Below are positions 37,716 through 51,726 of a DNA stretch of 64,000 nucleotides, piece after piece. The stretch comes from Octopus vulgaris (Eukaryota). The notes below the pieces were generated by a model. The model saw only the letters and a program-made list of their open reading frames with translations. It searched no databases and had not been told where the DNA came from. Each line of letters starts with the position of its first letter. The first letter of the stretch is position 1. A program made the position numbers and the translations under genes. The stretch covers positions 111,166,001 to 111,230,000 of the forward strand of contig OX597823.1 in assembly GCA_951406725.2 (NCBI GenBank), written 5' to 3'.

Positions 37716-38135
37716 CCTATTTCTTTACTGCCCACAAGGGGCTACACACAGAGGGGACAAACAAGGACAGACAGATGGATTAAGTCGATTATATCGACCC
37801 CAGTGCGTAACTGGTACTTATTTAATCGACCCCGAAAGGATGAAAGGCAAAGTCAACCTAGGCGGAATTTGAACTCAGAATGTAGTGGCAGACGAAATAC
37901 CTATTTCTTTACTGCCCACAAGGGGCTACACACAGAGGGGACAAACAAGGACAGACAGATGGATTAAGTCGATTATATCGACCCCAGTGCGTAACTGGTA
38001 CTTATTTAATCAACCCCGAAAGGATGAAAGGCAAAGTCAAACCTCGGCGGAATTTGAACTCAGAACGTAGCGGCAGACGAAATACTGCTAAGCATTTTGT
38101 CCAGCGTGCTAACATTTCTGCCAGCTCACTGCCTT
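37716..38135 (-). mobile_element. SINE family A, tandem dimer with near-identical units
   Basis: Junction GACGAAATACCTATTTCTTTACT at about 37891; TSD ATTA(G/A)TTGATACC. Confidence 0.93.
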
Positions 38136-38898
38136 ACATTAATTGATACCATCAACCCCAGTACTTGACTGGTACTTTATTTTATCAACCCTGAAATGAT
38201 AAAAGGATTTGAACAAAGGTTGTTAAGATATAATTTCAATAATAATAACCATAATAATAAAGATAATAGCATTTTATTTGTCACAAAGGGGTTTGATAAC
38301 ATGAAATTTCAAAGAAAATCTACAATAATCTTTTAAGTGTTAAAAAGACATTTGAATTCAACAGAGTACAGATTATGTCCCAACAGGAGGACAGGCACCT
38401 TCCCTCTAGGCATTGTAATCAGCCAGTGACCTCTAGCAAATGGCTTAGTAAAGTGCATTCAGAAAACTATAAGATTCTGCTTGGAATTACATAACACATG
38501 GTTGTTGAGGCTCAGCAAAGTTGAAGTGTGACATTGTTGCTATTACATACTTTAGTTGCTTTGAACCACATGATAGCTTTTACTCTTTCAGCTTTCAGAA
38601 CGTATATCTTAGGGTTAGGGTTATATCTTAGCTTGAATAACACATCAGTTATGTTTCACAAGGAAGTGACCTAACATTTGCAATGTATTTTCACTTATAA
38701 TTTATTGAGCTGCTTCTTCTTTAGTTTCCAGTTCTCAATTGCAACATGTTTTCTAAAACTAACAGATTTTACTCTGATTTTTCTTTTTAATTTGACCTTC
38801 TAATTAACATTTTCATCCTCAGTTCCACCTTAAAAATTTTGTTTATCATCTCTCTGAAATGTTTCTTTATTGAGGAAAATGTGTTAAGCTTCCAGTAA

Positions 38899-39076
38899 CC
38901 TATTTCTTTACTACACACAAGAGGCCAAATACAGAGAGGACAAACAAGGACAGACAAACGGATCAAGTCGATTATATCGACCCCAGTGCATAACAGGTAC
39001 TTATTTAATTGACCCCAAAATGATGAAAGGCAAAGTCGACCTCAGCAGAATTTGAACTCAGAACATAACAGCAGAC
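38899..39076 (-). mobile_element. SINE family A, 5'-truncated
   Basis: Body only, ending near the B box. Confidence 0.85.
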
Positions 39077-39079
39077 CAG

Positions 39080-39720
39080 AAGACTGTCTATTGCTATTGT
39101 CTCACTTAAATGTATATCCCAAGAATGTCTATAATCTTTGACTATAATTGCTCAAAATTGCAAACAACTTTCATTACTCCTGCTGAAGTACTTAATGAAA
39201 GTATTACCTAAATGTGGCTTAGATAATTCATTGCAAGTTGACTAAGTTCCCTTTAGTACGTTTAGAAGATCCATGGAATATCTATTAGACATTCAGATTT
39301 CCCTGATTAGATTTGCCTGGATTTTGCACCATCTCTGATATGGGCAACTCCAACACAAATCCCAGAGGACATTCAACTCACCACAAACACTGAATGAGAT
39401 TTTTTTCCATGAACACTTCAACACTTCCAAAGAAATCCTCCCCCAGTCACTAATTTCGTATAAATGGCTTTAAGTCTGTAAACACAACTATCTCGGGATA
39501 CCACCCTTCAATCTAACTCTTGAAAGATTATCTGTAAATTTAGCTTTTTCGAAACTGTACACTGTGGGATTATCAAAATATGTGCAGCCCTCATAAATAA
39601 TCAGATAGTGCGTGAGTGAATCTTGAAAATCCTGACCTCACTAAGGCCTACCACATCTAGCCTTAGTATCCAAACAATGCTTTCATACCAAACTGAGATC
39701 ACATGGTTTTATATATGTTA
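39080..39720 (-). pseudogene. Heavily decayed LINE AP-endonuclease coding fragment
   Basis: Minus strand near 39630-39670 reads LRLDVVGLSEVR (APE motif I), with GELNV (GDFN-like) near 39370-39385; many stops and frameshifts. Confidence 0.45.
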
Positions 39721-40684
39721 TTCTTAATTGTGACAGAAATAGCTACTGTAAGGTCAGGAAACTCCACCAACCATGTTCTAACTGTCGGTGATCTGGGTCA
39801 TTAGGGCTATTTGTCCTGGAAGTATTGGATATGCCCCTTTAGCATGTTTCACTTAGGATCCTTTGTGAAAGTACAGAAATAGAAAGAAATATATATAAAA
39901 AAAAAATAATGAAAGGAAGAAAGAAATATATAGAAATACATCAAAATAAATTGAAAAAGAAAACGATAAAGTATAAGTTCACAATAGTGAAAAAATAAAA
40001 TAAATTATATTTCAAGATAACAAGAAAATCAATAACAACAATAACAACTGTTAGGAACATGAACAACAATAAAAACAACAATAAAAACAATTAAATAGAA
40101 TATATTAAGAAAGAAAAATTTGTGAAATAAAAATAAAAAATAAAAAAGTAACAAAAAAAAATGAAAAACTAAATCAGTAAATGAAGTGAAACAAATTGAT
40201 AAAAAAAACAAAATAAACAAAACAATATGGGAAGGGTTATTGGGGCATTTGTGAAGGGGTTGAGATGAGATGAACTGGAGGGATTTGTGCAGAAGGGGAA
40301 AGAAACTAATTTAAAGATGGGGATAATAGAAAAGATGAGGATGATGGTGGTGAGGGTGGTGGTGATGATGGCAAAGACAACAACAACAATGATGATAATG
40401 ATGATAATGACAAAGATGATGATGATGATGATGACGATGACAACAAGGTGGGAGGGGTAGCCCAATAACAATAATGATAATGACAAGGATGATGATGACA
40501 GACAAGATGAAAATGATGCTGATGATGAGGATGATGAGGAGGAGTAAGACAAGAGGAAAGCGGAAAATAATTAGTTGGATGTAGGTGATGAAGGAAAGAG
40601 ACAATGAAGGTAGTAGCAACACCAAAACTACTACAACACAAACTGCAACAGCAGTGAAGACAACTAAAATATTGGTTGCTGATT

Positions 40685-41115
40685 TAGGTACAAGGCCAAC
40701 AGTTTTGAGGGGATAAGGGTTATTTGATGCCATCAACCCCAGTATTTGACTGGTACTTTATTATATCGACCCCAAAAGGATGAAAGGCAAAACCGACCTC
40801 AGTGAGATTTGAACTCAGAATGCAAAGGATCAGAAGAACTACTCAAGGCATTTTTGTTTGATGCTCCAACAATATTGCCAGCACACGACCTTTGACACAA
40901 TTAAAATAATGGCTTCAAATTTTTGGCACAAGGCCAGCAATTTCGGGCGAGGGAGTAAGTTGGTTACATGAACCCCTGTATTCAACTGGTACTTAATTCA
41001 TTGACCCCAAAAGGATGAAAGGCAAAGTGGACATCGCTGAAATTTGAACTCAGAACTTAAATTCAGATGAAATGCCACTAAGCATTTTGCCTGGTGTGCT
41101 CACAATTCTGTTAGC
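40685..41115 (-). mobile_element. Two adjacent diverged SINE family A variant copies
   Basis: GACCCCAAAAGGATGAAAGGCAAA..TTTGAACTCAGAA at about 40770 and 41005. Confidence 0.8.
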
Positions 41116-42075
41116 AATACCAATATGTTGTGCTGTATGTGATTGTGCAGTCAACTGGAAACAGCAGCCAAGTCCTTGTCATAATGTCTCAGCAAAGAAG
41201 GACACATTGGATGGGTGTGATTCTGGGTTCACTGAGGCACACTGGCTGGAAAAGAGATGAGACAATGATGGATGGAATCCCTTTAATATTAGCTGACCTA
41301 GGGTTTAATAACATTAAGAACAACAACAGGAAGAGAAGCAAGTAAAAACTACAATAATAAAAAGAAGGAGAAAGAGAAGAATGAACACATTGGGAGAAAA
41401 CAAATGAAGAGAATGAAAGATTTACAAAAAAATTGTTGAAGAGATAAAAAATGCAAATCATGGTTTTAACAAATAAAACCAAATTTTATTCTTGAAGAGG
41501 AATTACGATCTGTCAGGGTTGGTGTAAGAAAGTGCCATCTATTTCCAAATATAAATAATAAAATGCAAAATGCAAGGTATAAAATATAATGTATAAAATA
41601 TAAAAAAATATGCCTGATATATAAAAATATAATAAATATACATAATATATAAAAGAAATTATAAATACACATAATATATAAAAAATATAAAAAATATACA
41701 TAAATATAAAAGTCTAATAAATATACATAATATATAAAACATAAATAATATATAAAAATATAAAAATATATTATATACAAAATACAAAATATAAGCTATA
41801 AAAATTGAATTACAAAATATAAAATACAATAAAATAAATTGAAAAAATAAAATGCTAAATATAAATTATAAAATACAATATATAGGGCAAAAAATACATA
41901 AAGGAGAATAAAAACTGTAGGGAATTCATGAAGAGGGAACAGTCAAGGAGGTATATGTTACTTGTTAGCAAATTAGCTTCTATTGTATATTGTGACAAAG
42001 TAACAGCATATAATGACACCCTTTTCTCACTATCTTCTAGTTTCTGTACAGTCGTTATCTTTCTAGTCGACAATT

Positions 42076-42732
<657 letters not shown>

Positions 42733-43356
42733 AATTGTTCTCATTATTGTCATCGTCATAGTTTTAGCATCTCTGCTTTCACGGATCACACGAGATTTGC
42801 CAAAACATATTTTGATTGACAGATACTCTTCCCGTTGCCAACTCTTGCCTCTTTTCACACAAGGGCAATGTCTTTTCTGAGTCTAGAGATACTTTCAGTG
42901 AAGACCGCAAGCTAACATCACTGTTTTTATGATGGCAAGAGAGTGAAGTTTATTACAAATGGCATATAATGTTGGTTTGTTGGTGTTCCCATAACTTTAC
43001 AGATTTAGCAAAATACTTTGATAGTATAAGTACCAGACTTTAAGAAATTAACAACTGGGGTTTATTTGTTCAATAAAACACATCAAGGCAGTGTCTCAAC
43101 ATGGTGGCAGTCTAATGACCAGAACAAATAAGAGATAAGAAAAAAATCCATACACACACACACATATATATATATGTGTGTGTGTGTGTCAGTGTGTGGT
43201 CAGGTGGTTGTAGAAACACTTGTGCATGTACATGTGTTAGTGATTAGTGACTTCAGCATAAGAGTTAGAGAGATATAGTTACAAAGAGAAGCAAGTGGAC
43301 ATGGAATTCGAATGATCAAAGAACCAACAGCAGGTTAGAGACACATTAATTAATGC

Positions 43357-43680
43357 TGAAACCCCCTTCGGTCATGACTGACCATGGGATTGCACCAAGA
43401 AAGTTACCCTCTTAGGCACAACTCCAGGCAATGATGTTCATAGAAGACCAGCAGTCGCCCATGCATACCGGCCTCCCCTCTCCATGTCACCGATGTTATC
43501 CAAGGGAAAGGCAAAGGGGCACCAGTGACACCGCAACTCATTTCTACAGCTGAGTGAACTGGAGCAACGGGAAATAAAGTGTCTTGCTCAAGAATACAAC
43601 ATGCAGCCCGGTCCAGGATTTGAACTCACAACCTTACAATCAAAAGCTCGATGCTCTAACCACTGAGCCATGCACCTTCA
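43357..43680 (-). mobile_element. SINE family D, full length
   Basis: GAAGGTGCATGGCTCAGTGGTTAGAGC..GTGAGTTCAAATCC; TSD ACACATTAATTAAT. Confidence 0.9.
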
Positions 43681-43770
43681 CACATTAATTAATACATATC
43701 GCAATATAGAGAAAGAGACACATCTCTGCATCCCAAGGAGAATGTTTTTGGCAAATATTAATTAGGAATG

Positions 43771-43983
43771 AAGGCAGTGAGCTGGCAGAAATGTTAGCAT
43801 GCCGGGCAAAATGTGTAGCCGTACCGTTCTGAGTTCAAATTCCGCCGAGGTCAACTTTGCCTTTCATCCTTTCGGGGTCGATAAATTAAGTACCAGTTAC
43901 ACACTGGGGTCGATGTAATTGACTTAATCTGTTTGTCTGTCCTTGTTTGTCCTCTCTGTGTTTAGCCCCTTGTGGGTAGTTAA
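43771..43983 (+). mobile_element. SINE family A monomer with a small internal deletion
   Basis: Family A head and body; flanking duplication AAATATTAATTA.GAAT. Confidence 0.9.
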
Positions 43984-44577
43984 AAATAAAATATTAATTA
44001 AGAATTACAATTTGTTATGAGAAATAGCTCAACTTTCAGATTGCCAAATCTACCGCACTTCTATGTGTCCTATCTGTCTGTCTGTCTCTCTCAGCCTTTT
44101 ATACTTTGATCCTCGCTCTATATATTTATGACCCTCTCTCTCACTCTTTCTCTGTTTATGTACATCTCTCATGCATGCTACTTCCCCTTCTCTCTCTCAA
44201 TATGACATATAATTGCTTTCCTTTTGTTTAAAACGTCTTTGTGGTAATGTTTTTACTTTCACTTTGTGATAGAGAGTTAGCACACAGAAAATGCTGACTT
44301 CCAAATCCTGCTTTTTGATTGGGTAAAAATGATCAAACTTTAAACCTCCTTAACAATTTACTAAAATTTTTCTGGAATAAATGAATCACAGTGTAAAAAA
44401 TTACATCAATATACAAAATTTGAAAACTTTCACTTAATTTTTAAATTTCAAAATCTGTTTCAGCAACAGAAAAGCTTCTCTCTCTAACCGTCTCTCTCTG
44501 TCTTTTATGCTTTTCTCATTATAAACTCTCCTCTTTCTTTATATGTATTTATCACATTCTTTGTCACTCTTTCTCTC

Positions 44578-45012
44578 TAGGAGTGGCTGTGTGGTAAGTA
44601 GCTTGCTTACCAACCACATGGTTCCAGGTTCAGTCCCACTGCATGGCACCTTGGGCAAGTGTCTTCTACTATAGACTGGGACCGACCAAGGTCTTATGAG
44701 TGGATTTGGTAGATGGAAACTGAAAGAAGCCCGTTGTATATACATATATGTATATATGTGTGTGTGTGTGTGTGTGTGTGCGTACGCGTGTATGTGTTTT
44801 GTGTGTCTGTGTTTGTCCTCCCAACATCGCTTGACAACTGATGCTGGTTTGTTTACGTCCCCGTAACTTAGCGGTTTGGCAAAAGAGACTGATAGAATAA
44901 GTACTAAGCTTACAAAGAATAAGTCCTGGGGTTGATTTACTTGACTAAAAGCGGTGGTCCAGCATGGCCACAGTCAAATGCCTGAAGCAAGTAAAAGAGT
45001 AAAGGGTAAGAG
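44578..45012 (+). mobile_element. SINE family B, full length
   Basis: Family B head, domain and tail. Confidence 0.92.
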
Positions 45013-45279
45013 TATATGTATATCACTCACACTGAATGTGTGTGTGTGTGTGTGTATGCATGTGTTTAAGGAATTTCTTTAGAGGACAGAGTTGAAAGGC
45101 CCTCACTTTGTGAGGGTCTTTCAGTGGCACGCTCAGGAGACACTTGAACAGAGAAAGAATAGATTTGATGATATGTCAACATGGATGTTTGTCACACATT
45201 TTCAGGAAAGACCTGATCATAGGATGCATTGGTTAGACGATAAGCACACAAAATCCTCTGCCACACAGACTCAAGAGAC

Positions 45280-45654
45280 AATGTTCCATTTCATTTCAAA
45301 CGACTTCAATTTCCAGTGAGTCTTAGTTTTGCCATGGCCATCAACAAATCATAGTGGCAAACACTTTTTGTTGCTGGTTTACACCTTCAAGAGCCCTGCT
45401 TTACCTAGGGTCAACTTTATGTTGGATGTTCAAGAGAAGGATGCAAGACATTTTGCCTCTGTACACCAAATGGAAAAATTTTAAAAAAAAACCTTATTTA
45501 TGGAGACATAATAAATTGCCCCAAATAATGCAGAAATCCATTCTGATTAAGAGGCCAATCCAACAGAGAAGACATGGTCTGACATGAAGTAAAAAATAGT
45601 TGAAATAAAGGCATTCTATTGTGAAAATGGCCCAGCAACAACGGGTTACTCAGT

Positions 45655-45658
<4 letters not shown>
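45280..45658 (+). mobile_element. Helitron 3' remnant (RepHel PIF1-helicase C-terminus, pseudogenised)
   Basis: Frame from 45280 reads NVPFHFKRLQFPVSLSFAMAINKS*WQTLFVAGLHLQEPCFT..GQLYVGCSR, matching PIF1 helicase motifs V-VI; decayed 3' hairpin CCCAGCAACAACGGG and terminus at about 45630-45658. Confidence 0.9.
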
Positions 45659-45696
<38 letters not shown>

Positions 45697-46566
45697 CATA
45701 TATATATATATATATGTCTGACACCAAAAAGTTATCTCAAGACACACACATGTATACATACATGAACATATATATCTATCTAAAACAGACAAAAATAGTT
45801 ATAAATTTAACTTCTCAAGTGATGTTTACACACACACACACACACACACACACATATGTATATATTTATATTTTATTTTAAACTCAATCCGATTTGCATA
45901 AAATTTAATTTGTCTGATTCCATCAGAAACACTAGCAGCTATTTATGTTATGTATTTTCTATTTTTTTTATTTTTTTGTTTTAATTTATTTAAAAATTCA
46001 ATGAAGATTTATATCACATATCTTGTTATTCAATAAAATCGTATAATTTTATTTATTTATATTTTATTTATATATATATATTTACTTGTATCTAATTTGA
46101 CATTTGCCATTTAAATTTCATTTTTGTAGCTGGTTTATTTTACGCCTTCTTAATCCGTTCTTGTCAGTGAATACTTGTTTTATATTTACTTTCTGTAATT
46201 CTTTTCCTTCCATGGTTTCATTTCAAACAATCTCCTACACATCTCTACTTTCCCTGGTTTTCTTTACACTGTTTTTTAAAAAAAAACTCTTCTCTAATTC
46301 TTGCTTACAGCAAAGGTTCTTTTCTGTCTTTTTAGAAAAAGAAAAAAAACTGTAGTGAAATGTATTCGACGAATTTCTTTAAAAATATTTTCAAACATGT
46401 TATTGCAATTTTTGTGAATTTTTTATTTCATATGGTGTCTATAAAAATGTTAATGTTTTTGAGCTTTGCTTTTGTAGTTGTTCAATTCTAGGTCAATGCA
46501 GAATGGGTAAACCAATAATCAAAGACAATCCGCACATGACCATCTTCTCTATTTCAAAGTATCTTT

Positions 46567-46765
46567 CATCATCATCATCATCATCATCATCCTCATTATC
46601 ATCATTTAACGTTCATTTTCCCCACTGGCATGGGTCGGACTGTTTGACAGGAGCTGCCCCAGGCCTCGGTCATCTGCTTTGGTATGGTTTCTATAGCTGA
46701 AGGCCCTTCTTAAGGCCAACCACATATCGGAGTGTACTGGGTGCTTTTTACATGGCATTAGCACA
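46567..46765 (-). mobile_element. RTE-LINE-type 3' tail (family C), diverged
   Basis: (CAT)n-TTTAACGTTC...GCCCTTCTTAAGGCCAACCAC. Confidence 0.75.
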
Positions 46766-47578
46766 GATGGTCTCTTCACATGGCAATGGAACAGGTGCTA
46801 CTTTTACTTGGCAAAAGCACGGATGCTCTTTACCCAGTTCCAGCATGAATGCCTTTTACTACCTGGTGCTGTCAAAAATGCTTTATGTCCTCACTTTTCA
46901 AGTTGTGGAAGAACAATTTGAGAGAAATTTAACTGCTATTTCTAGCAACACTACATTGAGTCTTCTTCATTGGCCTGTTCTCTGTTTTCATTGTTGTTGC
47001 TTAATCCTTTGGCTAAATGGTTCAAGTAAACTTCAATTCAAAAATGTAACCAGGCATGGCCATCCCACCTTCTTTTTGATATTATTATCCAGAACCCACT
47101 GACTTAATATGTGTTACCTATTTCTAAGATATTATAATTATAGTGTGTTTTGAAGGACAGTTAGCTGCTATTTCTTGCATGTTATACAATCTTGTAAACT
47201 AGTTGTCTGTAAACTATTGTATGTGAAGTCGACCAGAATTTTAGAGAGACAACTAAAACGATTAGGTTTGAAATATTGGTTAGGCAGGATGTTGTTACTT
47301 TCCTGTTACTTAACCTCAAATCATCTTTGAATGAGTAGACTTATAATCAAAGGAGTTCCAACCATGACATTCATACTTTGTACATTTGTGTATCCATGGC
47401 TATATGTCCCAATAGGTTCTTCCTCTTTAAAACCATTGGTTGTGATTGTAAAAAGATTTGGCTGTTGTTTTTAGCAAGTTCCTGCATTCATAAAGGCATC
47501 TTTGTCATCAGCATTGTTGTTGTTTCTTGTTGTTGTTTAGCCCTAGGTTAGCTATGAATGAGAGGACCTATGATTATG

Positions 47579-47923
47579 TACATATATATTTTTTAATAAT
47601 ATATTATTATTAATATTAGGAAATCAATATCAAAACTTCCCAGAAAGATATACACATGTGAAAAATAATTGTTGTATTAAAAATGTATAAATAAATAAAT
47701 ATAAATAGGCATAAAAATATATGTGAATATGTATATGTATAAATTTATAATGTATATGACAGTTTAAAAGTTTTGAATTAATCATTTAAAGCATCTTACG
47801 ATCGTTTCACAGAAGAGTTGTCCCTATAATGAAATCCTATATTGATAAGCATTTATAGACAATGCGTCTGCTCTTCAGAGATATAAAATTTAAATTCTGT
47901 ATAACATGTTGAATGATAGTTTT
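47579..47923 (-). mobile_element. 345-bp non-coding retro-insertion carrying a hammerhead ribozyme
   Basis: Perfect 16-bp TSD AGGACCTATGATTATG at 47563-47578 and 47924-47939. Confidence 0.9.
47793..47882 (-). ncRNA. Type I hammerhead ribozyme, canonical core, extended stem II
   Basis: AUCU-CUGAAGA-GCAGA..UUGUC-UAUA..UAUA(GG)GACAA..UCUGU-GAAA-CGAUCG-UA-AGAU; palindromic ACGAUCGU stem III, GUA site. Confidence 0.88.
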
Positions 47924-48317
47924 AGGACCTATGATTATGATTATTGAAATGGTGACCATCTCATCATGAGTTACAGTGTCTGATATATTTCTGCTTTTAT
48001 GACGTTAGCATGAGGTTTGAAAATATTTGACTGCTATTGTTAATACATCACGTCACTGCACAGAGACTCCTTTATATGTCGTTAGTGTTGTTGGCATTTC
48101 TTAGCATTAAGGAGATACTAATTAAATAAAACTATCATCAAAGACAATTCATTCATAACCATGCCATCTTTAAAGATTATAACTACGTTAACCAGTGTGT
48201 TTTTACCTTATTTAAGACGATAGAGGGAGATTTGGTGGGATGTTTGGCTGAGATGTCTTGCGGGCCTAGGCACCACATAGAGGGCCACTTATTATTGATT
48301 CCAGACCTGGATTGCAT

Positions 48318-49305
48318 CTTTACTTATCTACCAATAAAGGATGAAAAGCAATGTTCTGCAAACTGAATGAAAGGCAAATTTTAACCCTTGTATAATCCTT
48401 ACCCACTGATGAAGGATGAAAGGCAAGTTTTAATCCTTCTATGATTTATTTACCAGCCAAGGAAGAATGAAATCAAGGTTTAATTTTTTCTGTATTATTT
48501 ACCCAATAGGAAGGTATGAAAGTAATGTTTCACTCTTCTATATTATTTGCCAGCTCTGGAAGAACAAAAGGCAGGGCTTAAAACCTCTATATTAATTACA
48601 GGTTGAAGGAAGATGAAAGAGAAATTTAACCCTTTAATACATTTTGAGGATATTTTGAGGAGATGAAAGGCAAAGTTTAAACTTTGTTTATTATTTACCC
48701 ATTAAGGAAGTATTAAAGCCAAAGTTTATTTCTTCTACACTTAATTTATTACATAAAAAGCACCCACTACACTCACGGAGTGGTTGGCATTAGGAAGGGC
48801 ATCCAGCTGTAGAAACACAGCCAGATCAGACTGGTGCCTGGTGCAGCCTTCTGGCTTCCCAGACCCCAGTCGAACCGTCCAACCCATGCTAGCATGGAAA
48901 ACGGACGTTAAACGATGATGAGGAGGAAGAGGAAGGATCAAAGGCAATGTTTGAATTCTTTATATTATTTATCCACTAAAAGAGAAGGAAAAGCAAGGCA
49001 GAAACTTTTTATGTGTTTTACTCATTGAAAAATGATGAAAAACAAAGTTTAATCCATAAACGCTATCTAAAATGAATGACAGAGTATAGAACTTTTATAT
49101 TACTTACCCACTGATGAAGGACGAAAGGTAAAGTTTAAGTCCTTCTATATCATTTACCCACTATGAGAGAATGAAAAGCAAAGTTTAACTTCCAAAAACT
49201 ATTTACCTGCTGAAGAATGTAAGGCAAATTTTAAGACCCCTCTATCTTTTATCCACTGGAGAAGAAGAAAGGCTAAGATAATCCTTCTTTATAAAGGCAA
49301 AATAT
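48318..49305 (+). repeat. Diverged ~50-55-bp tandem array, interrupted by a family C insert
   Basis: Recurring TATTATTTACCCA...GAAGGATGAAAGGCAAAGTTTAA.CCTTC unit, roughly 14-15 copies. Confidence 0.8.
48752..48921 (+). mobile_element. RTE-LINE-type 3' tail (family C)
   Basis: AAAAGCACCCACTACAC..GGTTGGCATTAGGAAGGGCATCC..GGACGTTAAACGATGATG. Confidence 0.9.
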
Positions 49306-51421
49306 TCAAGATATAAAAGAAAATTTTACAAGCTCATAGCTATGCTTGTGCAAGTTAAGTAATTGACCTAGGTCAGATGTGATACATAGGCCCAGGTCAG
49401 AAGTGAAATATTGGTCTCATTGCCTTATTCGACCAGATGTGAGATATAGGCTTGTTTCTATCCAATAACAATCTGGGCTAGATGTAAAAAAACTCATAAA
49501 GTATTTATGTAATCAGTGCTGAGTACGAATGGCTTAAGCAGGGGTGTGGATTATGGGTATAGTCATGTATAGGTTATGTGTACATATATATTTCCATGAA
49601 AAAAGGGAAAGAATGGATGCTAAATTAGGCATAAAATACCTACAAATATACACACACACACATATATATATATATACATGTGTTTGTCTGTGTGTATGTG
49701 TGTGTGCATGTGTGTGTACATAGATAGATAGATACATACATACATATATACATACATAAATGTTGTGTGTGTGTGTGTTTGTATGCATGTATGTATGTAT
49801 ATAAATGTACATGATAGATTTACACTTAACAGAATAGAACTAGAACAGTTTATATGGAAGGCAGTACTTTACCAAAGTGTCCTGTCTTAGCCTCTGACAG
49901 ATGAACTTCACCCTAACAGATCAAAACCAAACTAACAGGTCCACTTGTATCTCACCCTTGCTGAAGTCTGCTGGTATTATTTGTTCATGGAAAGAAGTAA
50001 AGAAACTTTGAAACGATGCAGTGTTGTTATAATATTTGACACAAATATATTGAGTCTTCAACTGGAAATCAAACACCACGTCTTATCAAATTGTTCATCT
50101 GTGGCATTATAATGATTATGTAGAGTTTGTATTTGTACAAAGGACGGGAGGGTGTGTATATAGGCACTGGATGCATATGAGTGTATGTGTGCACGAGTGG
50201 GTGTATATGAGTGTCTCTTGGTGCGGATATGTGCTTGTACAGGTATGTATATGCAGGTGTATGCATATGTGTGGATGAGAATATGAATGCCTAAGTGTGT
50301 GTACATGTGTATATTTACATCTGTGGTGCTTCCATTTGAGAGGATGTACGTTTTTGTATGTGTTTATGTGTGTGTTTATGTGTGTGCATGTGGGCATACG
50401 GACGGCTTTTCATATATGTGTGCATGTGTGTGCATGCATGTATAAATTCTCATTTTTTTCAGTTTAATCTTTATCATTATATGGCAAGACACTTAAACAT
50501 CCCCTTCCCTTTCATCTATTACAGTTTGTTGTCAAGAGTTTACCCTCCACCACACTCTATATTCTGCTCCACAAAACAGCTTTAATGACAGTAAAAGACC
50601 CTGCTGGTGATGCTGCTGTAATTACTGTTACTATTATTGGTGCTAATGATGCTGATGATGATAATAGTACCAGTGTTGATGACGATCATGATAATTGATA
50701 CTCAAAGGCCAACAGCTTTGTCTGTAGGAATCTTTAATTGTTTTTGTAGCACTTTACTTTCTCGCTTTTTCCTTTTTTCCTCTTCTTCTGTCTCATTAGA
50801 TTCACTGAAGCTGTTTAAAGACGTCATATAGTGAACTTGTAAAAATAGCAAAGAAAATATTCAATAAATCTGAAAAAAAAACAATGATAACAATAATAAA
50901 TAACAGCAACAATAACACATGAATAAATGAATAAAATAAATGCAAGGGAAGCAAAATTTAAATAAAAAGGAAAAAATATATGATTTAAAGAGAAAGAAAA
51001 CATAAAGAAAAAGGGAAATATTTTGCAAAAAATCTAAATTGCAGAGAAATAGGCATTTAAAAACGAAATAAAATTAATATACAACACACATATATATATC
51101 TATATATAATATATACATATGCAAACATATATAGGCATACATACATATGTATATATGCATGTGTGGTGGGGAAGAGTGGCATGCAGAAAATATATAAATT
51201 TAAAGCAGTATTCTTTGTATCACTTGGCACTGACATCAACCACCTCTGTGCTGTGTTTTTCTCTGTCTTTTAACAAAACAGCTTTCAATTGAAATGAAAC
51301 AAAGTGTAGAAATGAAAATAAAAAAAAAAATTAAATACATACACACTCATACATATATATATAAATTAAATAAGTGTGAAAATATAAATAGAAACCAGCC
51401 ATCATGCAAACATTCCATCCC

Positions 51422-51468
<47 letters not shown>

Positions 51469-51469
51469 C

Positions 51470-51538
<69 letters not shown>

Positions 51539-51671
51539 TAAATATATATATACACATATGCATATATATGCACAGACAAATGTACAAAAAACACACTTAC
51601 TACTTGATTTGTGAAATAAAAACATTGTAAAACAAACACAGCCATACATGCATTCATGCATTCACTTGCAC

Positions 51672-51726
<55 letters not shown>

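Noticed and set aside
38601-38625. TTAGGGTTAGGGTT as a telomeric repeat
   Set aside because: Only two units, too short to call an interstitial telomere.
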